Made by a program: the position numbers and the translations under genes
In this document: positions 1 to 10,264 of the stretch, in pieces
How the letters are laid out: every line of letters begins with the position of its first letter
Position numbering within the stretch: position 1 is the first letter of the stretch
Notes under the pieces: generated by a model
The model's database searches: none
Told to the model about the DNA's origin: nothing
The model's input: only the letters and a program-made list of their open reading frames with translations
Source: Tetramitus jugosus
Lineage: Eukaryota > Protista > Heterolobosea
Direction of reading: 5' to 3'
NCBI GenBank assembly: GCA_937625935.1
Contig: OW569379.1
Location: 1-64,000 of the forward strand
Length of the DNA stretch: 64,000 nucleotides

Positions 1-812
1 CCAAACCCAAACCCAAAACAAACCCAAACCCAAACCCATACCCAAACCCAAACCCACCCAAACCCAAACCCAAACCCAAACCCAAACCCAAACCCAAACC
101 CAAACCCAAACCCAAACCCAAACCCAAACCCAAACCCAAACCCAAACCCAAACCCAAACCCAAACCCAAACCCAAACCCAAACCCAAACCCAAACCCAAA
201 CCCAAACCCAAACCCAAACCCAAACCCAAACCCAAACCCAAACCCAAACCCAAACCCAAACCCAAACCCAAACCCAAACCCAAACCCAAACCCAAACCCA
301 AACCCAAACCCAAACCCAAACCCAAACCCAAACCCAAACCCAAACCCAAACCCAAACCCAAACCCAAACCCAAACCCAAACCCAAACCCAAACCCAAACC
401 CAAACCCAAACCCAAACCCAAACCCAAACCCAAACCCAAACCCAAACCCAAACCCAAACCCAAACCCAAACCCAAACCCAAACCCAAACCCAAACCCAAA
501 CCCAAACCCAAACCCAAACCCAAACCCAAACCCAAACCCAAACCCAAACCCAAACCCAAACCCAAACCCAAACCCAAACCCAAACCCAAACCCAAACCCA
601 AACCCAAACCCAAACCCAAACCCAAACCCAAACCCAAACCCAAACCCAAACCCAAACCCAAACCCAAACCCAAACCCAAACCCAAACCCAAACCCAAACC
701 CAAACCCAAACCCAAACCCAAACCCAAACCCAAACCCAAACCCAAACCCAAACCCAAACCCAAACCCAAACCCAAACCCAAACCCAAACCCAAACCCAAA
801 CCCAAACCCAAA
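1..812. repeat. Telomeric tandem repeat (CCCAAA)n, i.e. (TTTGGG)n on the G-strand, about 135 units
   Basis: Hexamer array from base 1, with a few variant units only in the first 60 bp. The C-rich strand at the 5' end of the + strand is the expected orientation for a chromosome end. Confidence 0.97.
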
Positions 813-1008
813 TGAACTTTGGCTTCAAAAATCAAAATTTTCATCAAGACTCGAAACAAAACCAGTTTGACATCAAAATCCTCTCTATTGATCTGTAGTG
901 AAAGAAAAATCACTCTTACCATCACAAACTTTCATTTTCTACCTCCTTTCATCAAAACTGCCAGCTATCGCTGTCAGCTCACTGCTCAAGGGCTTTACTA
1001 ATGTAACT

Positions 1009-1023
1009 CCAAACCCAAACCCA
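1009..1023. repeat. Short interstitial telomere-like tract (ccaaacccaaaccca)
   Basis: 2.5 units in the same orientation as the telomere, about 200 bp inboard. Confidence 0.6.
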
Positions 1024-1027
1024 GTCC

Positions 1028-1618
1028 TTGAGCCAACAAATTGATCGAGAACGATTCTCAGTGTGGTTCAAAACGGTAATCAATGTGGCGGACGGACTGC
1101 TCAGAGAACAAGCTCGACTTGTCCAAATGTCAATTGCTTCAAGTATCATGAATGATCTGAAGAGCAACTACAATCAATCTGTCAAGGACATGCATTATAG
1201 AGTATCACTTCAAAGGCATGCTTGTGTATTGTCTTATAATCCAGGTCTCAAAGGATACAACTATCTTCCATGGGAGCAACTTTTCCTGAGTAACGATGAT
1301 GTGAAGAAAGCAAAAGAAGATCACCTCAAAGAAAATGAAAAGAATAAGGCTAAAAGGTTAGAAATGATCAAAGCGCACTTGGATGAACAAGCGGCGAAAG
1401 GTGGGGAATTGAATATTGAGAAGAACTACGAGTATAGAGACTCCTTCTTAGGTGACGACAAAAGGTTGGTCCAAAACCTGTTACGGGATAACAAGTCGGG
1501 CTACCAGGTTTACTTTTTCGATGCCGTGGGGTGCTCAACGAAGAGGTGGTTGTTTTCCTTTTCGAAGACAGAACGTGAGAAGAAAAAACAGTTACCATTA
1601 AGTCGTGTCAGAATGTAA
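1028..1618 (+). CDS. Orphan subtelomeric ORF, possibly a 5'-damaged gene or pseudogene
   Basis: 196-codon open frame with protein-like, Lys/Glu-rich composition and no recognisable domain. The start is uncertain: the track uses TTG, and ATGs occur further downstream. Confidence 0.4.
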   Translation: MSQQIDRERFSVWFKTVINVADGLLREQARLVQMSIASSIMNDLKSNYNQSVKDMHYRVSLQRHACVLSYNPGLKGYNYLPWEQLFLSNDDVKKAKEDHLKENEKNKAKRLEMIKAHLDEQAAKGGELNIEKNYEYRDSFLGDDKRLVQNLLRDNKSGYQVYFFDAVGCSTKRWLFSFSKTEREKKKQLPLSRVRM

Positions 1619-1739
1619 CGCATTGTTATCTTCAACCAATCACTTTAGCAAAAAATTTCACATCCAACAGTGAAGAAGGTGCCTCACAATAAAGAATTTA
1701 CAGTTGTATATGAAAATGGGGGAATCTTCGCATGTATGT

Positions 1740-2294
1740 TCACGATCCTAGAATTGGGTCAAATTCTGATGTCCTATGATTCTTCTTGGAAACTACCACA
1801 CATGTCAATAGTCCACAACAAGAAACACAACACAACAATGCCACTAATACTCCAATCACAATTCCAATGATACCTCGCACACCAATGATCCTATCCTTGT
1901 ACATTGTCATATCTCTTTCAATGTTCAAGTCTCCACTTCCACTTCTACAATAAGCTTCCACTGTCAAATCTTCGTTACTACCATCCGTATAATTTTTTTG
2001 TAATTCTGGAGTCCATTGAAAGAGTGCAGTTTCTCCTTGTGGTGCAACCACCGTCTGAACAATAGATTTTCCAATCTTCATGGTGTAAAGCATAGAGTTT
2101 GGGGATTGCAATTGCATTTGGAACTGGAGAAGATTTGGAGTTTGAAATCTAAAAATCGTAGTGATTCCAGCTGAGGTCCATCCTGTGTATTTCTTATGTG
2201 TTCTCACTTCTATGCAGTGACTCAAACTTATTGTGAGACAAAGAACGATCAGGAACAAAAGAATGCAGTTTCTTCTCGAAGATTGTAATTTCAT
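1740..2294 (-). CDS. Small type I membrane protein: signal peptide, ectodomain, TM helix with Cys cluster
   Basis: MKLQSSRRNCILLFLIVLCLTISLSHC signal peptide from ATG 2294. C-terminal GIIGIVIGVLVALLCCVSCCGLL TM segment. Confidence 0.75.
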   Translation of the reverse strand: MKLQSSRRNCILLFLIVLCLTISLSHCIEVRTHKKYTGWTSAGITTIFRFQTPNLLQFQMQLQSPNSMLYTMKIGKSIVQTVVAPQGETALFQWTPELQKNYTDGSNEDLTVEAYCRSGSGDLNIERDMTMYKDRIIGVRGIIGIVIGVLVALLCCVSCCGLLTCVVVSKKNHRTSEFDPILGS

Positions 2295-2481
2295 CTGTTT
2301 TATATTTCTAATAATGAGTAATGTTCGTTTGTTTTCTTTCTTAAGGAATGAGTGAGTGACCCGCTTTTTCTTTCGGGTTGACTTCCCAGTCATCGGAGAA
2401 TTTTGATGTCATCCAACACCTTTATGGAAGATGAGACAATTTCTATTAGAACCAAATTGGAATCTTTCCCACTCAATCCAA

Positions 2482-5400
2482 TTACAAGAGAGACGATCGA
2501 ATTTGATACAAGATGGTAGATATATCCTCAAACGGAGGTCTTCTTGCGGGATTAGTATCCCAGCATCTCGTTACTAACGCATAATAGGATTCGACAAGAG
2601 CAGGTATGCTGGTCGCGTTGATCTGCGTGTCGTTACCCCTTGTAAAGAATTCATTCACAATATACTCGTCTGGTATGTCCAATGAGTTAACAATTCCACT
2701 CACAGAAGATGATGTTGATACTGTGTAAGGAATGGAAGGTCTTAATCCACTATTCACAATCTCAATGCCAAGAGAGAAAATTGCCAGAGAGTCTTGTTCA
2801 CGAGAATATGGATGTTCCACAATAAATAGTTCGTGCATCATGATGCCAAAACTGTAAACATCACACTTTTCGTCATGTCCATTCCGTGTTAACAGCTCAG
2901 GAGCAGAGTATTCTGTTCATCAGATAAAGTGAGTCATCAAGTTCATGTCACAACAAAGGGTCAAAATTGTTCACATACCAATTGTTCCATATGAAACTCC
3001 AGTCGTAAATGCAGTGTTAACAGTTTTGCTCAATCCAAAGTCGCATATACGTACGTTTCCCGCTTCATCAATCAACACATTCTGAGGTTTTAAATCTCTG
3101 TGAACAATTCGAGGACTTCTACCATGTAGATAACTCATTGTATCAGCAATTTGACATAAAATGTCCATTTTCTTATTAAAATCTCTGAGAGGATCCTTTG
3201 CATAGAGTACCTTGTCCAAACTACCTTGAGTTGCATATTCAGTGATCAAAAACTTGTCTCCAGCATCATTAGAAGAATATCCATATAGATAAAGAATGTT
3301 GGGATGTCTTAAACTTTGAAGAATTGATATTTCCTTCAGAAATGACTCATCATCTGGAACTTTCATCTTTTTCACAGCAACCAAATTACTCTTCCACTTT
3401 CCTTTAAACACGACTCCTGCGGCTCCTTCAGACAGACGACTGATCAACTTGATATCCTTCATGTCAATGAACAATGCCATATCACTAATATTCTCAAGAT
3501 CAGTCATTTCTTCGAGTAAGCATGCCCGAAGATCTGATTCAATCTTCTTATCTTTCTTCACACGTCTTGCAATATAGGTAGCGAATATGATTAGCACCAC
3601 TAACAGTGCCGTAAAAGGAATGATCAAAAGTGACAGCAACGCCAGAAAATCAAGGTTAATAGAACATGTCTCTCCATAATAGCCACGAGGACAAACACAC
3701 TCGTTTGGTGCTACACACTTTCCCCTCGACGAACAAACAGTACGGCTATTGCCCGGATATCCAAAGCAAAGGGGAGCGGAGCAATCATCACTAGCAAATC
3801 CTTCTCCACATTTACATGTATCCAGAGACACACAATTTCCGTTCCCTGAGCAAACACTATTACTATCGTGTGTTATATTATAGCAATAGAATGATTCACA
3901 ATTTTGTCCAAAATACCCACTCACACATTTCACTCCAAGAATACCACTTTTCCCTGTTGAAGTCACATATGCTTGGGAAATGTATTGAGTTGGATCAACG
4001 TTGGTAAGGTTTACATTGTAAAAATCCGTGTCCCAAGCAAACACACGTGAATCATTAGTCACAGCGACAATACCAGTACTCCCCGTAACAAGCCGTGTTA
4101 TTTTGTGGTTAACCAATTCCCTATGTTGAGTATAGCGAGAATTACCTCCCCAAACATGAACAACACCATCATTAGTTGAGAGAACTGTACGCAATTGTGA
4201 AGCGCCAATCATTGAAACTGTTCCATTGCTGTTACTCATGAGTACGGGAATGTGTTCATCGCTATTCGAATCAGTTCCAAGCTGACCATCAGTGTTACTA
4301 CCCCATGCATAACTCATTCCATCACTTGTTAATGCAACTGTATGTAAGTCTCCTGCAACAATTTGAGTAAAGTTCTTTGACCGTAGTATGCCCGGCGTAC
4401 TGACTGCCACAGGCGACATCTTTGGTTGTGTACTCCCATCACCGAGCTGCCCTTGAGAATTTACACCCCATGAATACAATTTACCACCATTGTCAATCAC
4501 AACCGTATGATGCATGCCAACTGCAACAGATATTACGATCATTCCAGCATAGAGAGTATCCATGTTAACATGTGTTGGAAGTAACGAGTTTCTCAGTGTA
4601 CCAATACCTAACTGACCAAAATAATTGCAACCCCAGCTATATACTCTTCCTTCTGTGTCTAATGCAACTGAGAAGCTCTGACCAAGAGCAATTTGTGATA
4701 TAGTTCTACCAAGTAACACCTTACTCATGTCCACAGCAACAAAAAATCTTTGGTCAACAATTGTTCCATCCCCCAATTGACCACAATTATTCTTGCCCCA
4801 ACCATAGAGCTTATTTTCACTGGTTAAAACGATTGTGTGTTGTGCTGAGGCAAAGATATTTGTAATGGTTTGGCCATCAAGAATTCCCCTTGTGTCCACA
4901 TCTCCTGGAACGGGCCTCGACTCGATATCCTCGCCACTGCCTAACTTTCCGAATTGATTATTACCCCATGAATATACCTTTCCATCCGTGGATACTGCCA
5001 CCGAATGATCATCACCTGCTGACACATCTCGAGCACTCTTGCTTGAAGCCCCATTAGTACTTACAGCGACAGGAGCGAGCCTCATGAAGGAAGTTGGTCC
5101 GTCACATCCTAGTTGGCCCTGGTCACTACGCCCCCAAGCATAAATCGTACCTTGGCTCGAGACAGCTAACGTATAATCAGTACCTGCTGCGACGTGGACA
5201 AATGTTTTTCCTTTTGTCACACCTTCCATATATATTGGTACTGGGCCAGAATTGGTCGAATCTCGAGTATTATCTCCCAACTGACCATAATTGTTGCTTC
5301 CCCACGAGATGACTCTACCATCATTTGTTAACGACACAGTGTGTAAGTCGCCCGCTGAGATTTGAGTGATATTGGCACCAGTCAAAGCTCCAGTGGGGCT

Positions 5401-6216
5401 GACAGGATTTGGAACTCTAGTATTGGAGTCAATTCGCCCGAGTTGACCATTCGCGTTATTGCCCCAAGTCAAAATGACTCCATTGGCTGTCAAGGCAACA
5501 GAGTGCCACGAACCTGCAGAAATTTGAACAATTTTTTCATCAGTTAATGCCCTAGTAGGCACATTGGAAAACTGGATGGTCGAATCGGATCCAAGCTGAC
5601 CCCGCAAGTTACTACCCCAACAGAATACGCGACCATCACTTGTCAGAGCCATCGAGTGTATTCGACCAGCTGAAACTTGAATCACTGGAGTTGAGTCGGC
5701 CAGCCCGAACAATGACACAACACGAGGATAGTTTACATTCGTACTTTCTACATCAATTCCCAACTGGCCAAATTGATTGTACCCCCAAGAGAAAACTTCA
5801 CCACTATTCGACAGTGCCAAGTTGTGCCAGGAACCTGCTGAAATTTGAATAAACTTGCGATCCTTGTACAAGTGAGTCAACGCAATGACCACAGGTTGTT
5901 TTCGATCAATGTTTGACTGATCTCCCAATTGGCCATATGTGTTGTCACCCCACGTGAAAATCTTTCCATTGTCAGCCAGAACCGCTGTGTGACTATGTCC
6001 AGCAGCCACATGAGTGATCCATTCATTTTGCATGACACCGACAGTTATATGGAAGGGCAGGGGATGTTGACTTTGTCTCGTCCACGTATAAAGAGAGGAA
6101 GATGCAATTTTTGCCTCGACAGTAGTAGTCACAACAACAAGAGACAACAGTACCAACAAGAACAATTTCATCAAATGTTGTGGTGGTACTACGGAACAAC
6201 AATAAGAGGAGAACAT
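2482..6216 (-). CDS. Receptor TKL kinase: signal peptide, about 13 RCC1 repeats, EGF-like repeats, TM, kinase domain. 2 exons, intron 2913-2978
   Basis: Repeated AGxxHT...GxVYSWGxNxxGQLG motifs and CSGNGNC EGF motifs, then TM, VAVK, HRDLKPQN and DFG. Removing the GTATGT..AACAG intron restores GTIEYSAPE...DVYSFG and joins ORF 2482-2841. Confidence 0.93.
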
Positions 6217-6399
6217 TTGTGAGCGTGTTCAACGTTGGACAAGACAACGCAATGTGTTTATGTGTCTATCGCACTTGTGTGTTCCAAATCAAAAGTTCAG
6301 AATCGCGGGGGAATCCGATGGCATCAACCAATTGGAAAGAGCGAAAAAAACATAGGCCAACCATGATCATTGAAACTGTATCGAATGAAAAGATTGAAG

Positions 6400-6600
6400 T
6401 AGTGAGCGAAGTGCATGTATCATTCGTGTATTATGTCCCAATGTACCGATCGTATTTCATGATTATCCTGTATTATGCTACTGTATGGTTAGACTGGATC
6501 ATCAAGTGCTCTACCCCACACTGCATTAAGCGAATTGGATTCCACATGTCATATGTACGTCGTGGTTATTATGGAGAAACACTTAATCTTGTTGTAATTG
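6400..6600 (+). pseudogene. Degenerate EGF-repeat gene relic
   Basis: GGT TAG ACT GGA (G*TG, from GWTG) followed by CSTPHC and RGYYGET. These match EGF motifs of the two receptor kinases in this window (GWTGAHCSIPIC; RGYYGETC). Confidence 0.5.
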
Positions 6601-6736
6601 CTAAGCTAAACGGAGAGCGTGGCCAACGTTCCAAAAAAAATTCGCTCCCAGAGCCAAAGTTTGGCGAACAGAGTCAACTCCACTGATCAAAACGACATAA
6701 ACAAAAAACAACCAAACCAACGACTCACGAAAGACA

Positions 6737-7459
6737 ATGATATGCCCAATTACACAATGTACTATTGAGCACCCAGCAATTACAGTATTTGGTAATGTGT
6801 ATGAAGCAAGTGCTATCAAAGAATGGTTAAAAGACAATATAACAGACCCGCTGACCAATCAAGTTCTTCCAGTATCGTATTTGTTTGAGCCCAAACAGAG
6901 TGCATCTCCAATCGAAGACTTGGCTAAGACCTATTCAGAAAATGCACGGACTTGGTGTTCGTTCCTCTGCACGATCAGTTGGTACAAACAACAAAACCCA
7001 ATTGAAATGAAGGCACTCCGAGGAACAACAAAAAACGACTTTGCCATTGAGCGTATCAAAACAGAAAAATCATACAATTATTATTTCAATCAAGGCAAAG
7101 AAGAATACAAACTTCCCATTGGCGTTTTGATGACTTGTTTGTCAATTCGTCAGGACCATGGTAATGCCTTCAAATCAATGGATGTAATAGCAGCCGACAT
7201 GAAAGGATGTACATTCATCAATTGCACATTCCACCACTGCAATTTTTCATTTTCCGACATTAGTGACTGCCTGTTCATCGGTTGTGTATTTTCGGGTCAT
7301 ACATGTTTCTATGATACAGACACAAACGAAAGGACGGCGTTTATTCAGTGTTCATGCGAAGAAACATGGTGTTGGAAAACTTACTCAGACGAAGAAAATG
7401 TGTTTCGGTTGCTTCGTCAAAGGGGATTGCATCATTTGACAATTGACAGACTAAGATAG
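6737..7459 (+). CDS. U-box E3 ligase-like protein with C-terminal pentapeptide-repeat-like region
   Basis: N-terminal CPIT...HPAITVFGNVYEASAIKEWL...TDPLTNQVL matches the U-box consensus. C-terminal CTFIN CTFHH CNFSF SDISD CLFIG CVFSG shows 5-residue periodicity. Confidence 0.85.
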   Translation: MICPITQCTIEHPAITVFGNVYEASAIKEWLKDNITDPLTNQVLPVSYLFEPKQSASPIEDLAKTYSENARTWCSFLCTISWYKQQNPIEMKALRGTTKNDFAIERIKTEKSYNYYFNQGKEEYKLPIGVLMTCLSIRQDHGNAFKSMDVIAADMKGCTFINCTFHHCNFSFSDISDCLFIGCVFSGHTCFYDTDTNERTAFIQCSCEETWCWKTYSDEENVFRLLRQRGLHHLTIDRLR

Positions 7460-7470
7460 CTGACCCTCTT

Positions 7471-7990
7471 CTATGACTTGGCTAAACAACAATAAAACTT
7501 TGAATCCACTTTATCGTATTGATATTTTGCATTGAGGTAACGTCGCAGTTTGGTCAACCTTTGTCCCATTTCTTGTGACACAATCCGATTTTCGATCGTG
7601 CAGCATTTGTACGCTGCTTCATTCTCACATTGATTTATTGAACAGGCTATCCAAATAGACAAAGGCATCAGCATCGGGTTCCAGCTCTCTTTCGTCTTGT
7701 ACAATCCTACCAAGATGAAACTCGCGGACAGCGTGCTTCACAAGCTCAGAGACATTGAGCGCTTCTCCAAACACAGAATGAAAATGTTCTGGATGGTTAC
7801 TGTACCTAATCGTCAAATAATATTCATAACCATAGGCATCCCAATTGTGATTGGGAACCATCAACTGCAAATAATTGCACAACGACACAACAGAGGTCCA
7901 CTCATGCTCGACAATCCACTCGTCTTTGAATTCTTCTTCCTTGCCATGCTCCCGTGAAATCCAGTTTTGTCCATCACCTAATGAAAGCAA
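7471..7990 (-). pseudogene. Frameshifted ORF relic of unknown family
   Basis: Two overlapping minus-strand protein-like frames (7625-7990 and 7471-7713) joined by an apparent frameshift near 7630. Confidence 0.45.
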
Positions 7991-8225
7991 GATACAAGGA
8001 AGAAGACGATGATACAGATGAATATTCCGTTAGAGTAACAAACGAAGACGATGATGAAGAGCACTGGACATCTAAAGTACGTATCATTGATAGGGCGTTT
8101 GGTATCCAGGACGATCGAGCAGATGACAAATCTCTTGTAATGAGCTTAGAATAAACAGTGCGTGTGAAAATGTTCTGGATGGTTACTGTACTTAATCGTC
8201 AAATAATATTCATAACCATAAGCAT
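7779..8225. repeat. 61-bp direct repeat pair (7779-7839 and 8165-8225)
   Basis: tgaaaatgttctggatggttactgtac[c/t]taatcgtcaaataatattcataaccata[g/a]gcat, 2 mismatches. Confidence 0.95.
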
Positions 8226-9290
8226 TTATCTGCTTATTCACACGCACTGTTTACTTGGAGATGCTATACAGGAACACCTATTGATGCAAGTAGTACCAGA
8301 TTACTGGATTTATATAAGCAGCATACAAAAGCTTAAGGAGTGTTTGATATGCCTCAGTCTACAATCAGATGGCTATGTTCCAAGAAGTCTCAAATTGAAG
8401 AATGCTCTATCCAAAGATACTAAGTCTTTATTATATGCTAATTCTGTAGTAGAAGCGGCTAAGTTGTTGGTAATTGCTTCTGTCCTTTTAGCAAGAATCC
8501 AAGCAAAGATAAGCAATAATACTCATAACAGTATGATCGAGTTTGCAAACTTCATAGCAGCTGCTATCTGTTTCGTTAAGTGGTGGTAAGCAATACTATT
8601 CCCAGATCGTGTTCAATCTACTAATTATACATAAGAGATCTTCAATACATTGAAGCTAGAGATGGATAGATTATATGCTATATTGACCCAAAGATTCATG
8701 TCACGTCCTAAGCCAGACGAGATTGCACAGTTATTGTGTATTCTGTTTGACGGATATTCAATTGGACAAGACTCTAGATATCCATACCTAGACAAAGCAC
8801 CTGATAAGAAGCAGCTAACTCAGGCATTATGTGGTGTTGGTTGTCCACATGAACTATAGCGTACAAGGTCATAGTGAGAAGTATTTGAAGGTTGATGAGA
8901 AACTAATGACAAACGAAGACGGTGACTTTTCAGATGTTGATTATGGTACATTCGCTGTATATTTCAAGGACTACTCCAGTGAGGGTTTCACGATCATGAG
9001 AAAGAATCTGAATTTCGTTATAGCGACTATGATCTTTAAGACAGTAGTTAACTTCAGATTAGAGTACACAGGTCAGAACTCTATGAATCCATACTATCAG
9101 AAACAGGTAAGAGAGAGATTCGTTTCAGAGTACAGACTATTCACATTTGCCAAGTTTGCTACTTCTTTGGATTAAACACATTTACTTATTTGAATGTGGT
9201 TCTGAAGGTCTACAATCAAAGTCCTTGTGGTGTCACTACTGGAATAGATCTCTTGTCAAGTTCTAGTATTAGACCACAACCGATCCAAAA
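7981..9290 (+). pseudogene. Decayed long ORF with atypical (TpA-rich) composition, possibly of foreign, viral or TE origin
   Basis: One frame runs 7981-8859, broken by in-frame TAA at 8152, 8587 and 8632, then shifts into the 8831-9175 frame. No recognisable domain. Confidence 0.5.
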
Positions 9291-9293
9291 AGT

Positions 9294-10070
9294 TCAATAA
9301 TGAAATTTTTCCATCTCCAAAGCAATTTTGCGAGCCTTTCTCGCAATAGCTTTATACCCAGAAATTTCAGCATTGGTGGCTACTGCCGTAATCTCTGCTA
9401 GAGTATGACTATTTTGGATGGCAACTTCGTAAGCTCTCACGATAATTCTTTGGAACTCCAGCGCGTTACCATTCTTGCGACCGACAGTATCTGCATTGGC
9501 AGCCACAGCTAATGCTAACTCTGCGTTTCCAGATAATTGAATTGCTTTTCCATATGCTTCTTCAATAACACTTCTATACTCATTCGCATTTCCATTCTTG
9601 TATCCAATAGCATCAACATTGGTAGCTACAGCTAATGCAAGTGCAGTACTACCAGACAATTGTGTGGCCTTACGGCAAGCTTCCATAAATATACTTCTAT
9701 ACGCCAGTGCATTTCCGTTTTTATATCCAACGGCATCTGCATTTGCCGCGACTGCCAACGCAAGTGACGTACTATCAGATAAAGTAATAGCCTTTCTGTA
9801 AGCTTTTTCAATAATATTCTTGTATTCATAGGCATTTCCATATTTAAATCCGACGGCATCTGCATTCGTAGCAACAGCAAGAGCCAACGCTGTATTGTCA
9901 GAGAATTTGACCGCCTTTTCGTATGAATCATTCACCAACTCTCTTTGATTATACATGGCAGCTGTCTCAGCCACTTCTAAATATTTGACAACTGAAATAT
10001 CTCTACTTGACAGAGCAGTGTGGAGAAGAAACAAGAGAACCAACAACAATTTGACGAAAAGAAGTTTCAT
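9294..10070 (-). CDS. Secreted protein with about 4-5 tandem 41-aa helical repeats
   Basis: Signal peptide MKLLFVKLLLVLLFLLHTALS. Repeat consensus AYxKAIxLSxxTxLALAVAxNADAVGYKNGNAxEYRxIIEx. Confidence 0.88.
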   Translation of the reverse strand: MKLLFVKLLLVLLFLLHTALSSRDISVVKYLEVAETAAMYNQRELVNDSYEKAVKFSDNTALALAVATNADAVGFKYGNAYEYKNIIEKAYRKAITLSDSTSLALAVAANADAVGYKNGNALAYRSIFMEACRKATQLSGSTALALAVATNVDAIGYKNGNANEYRSVIEEAYGKAIQLSGNAELALAVAANADTVGRKNGNALEFQRIIVRAYEVAIQNSHTLAEITAVATNAEISGYKAIARKARKIALEMEKFHY

Positions 10071-10264
10071 GGTTTGATTTTTTGTCCCTTTTTCTTTCCA
10101 ATTCCAATTCTTCCGCTTCTCAGCAACAAAAGAGCATCTAAAAACCATAAGTTAACCCCGTTTGAAGTAACGATGGTGCGTGTTCCATAATCCTTTTCAT
10201 TTTCTCCCAAGGAAGATTCAATGTTCAACGAGATGGATAAATGAAGCTGCTTTCACTATTCAGC

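Noticed and set aside
1-60. Variant telomere units (aaca, cata, cacc)
   Set aside because: Confined to the contig tip and most simply explained as low-coverage sequencing error.
812-10200. Telomere-specific retrotransposon or intact DNA transposon
   Set aside because: No RT, integrase, transposase or endonuclease motifs, terminal repeats or poly(A) tails were recognised.
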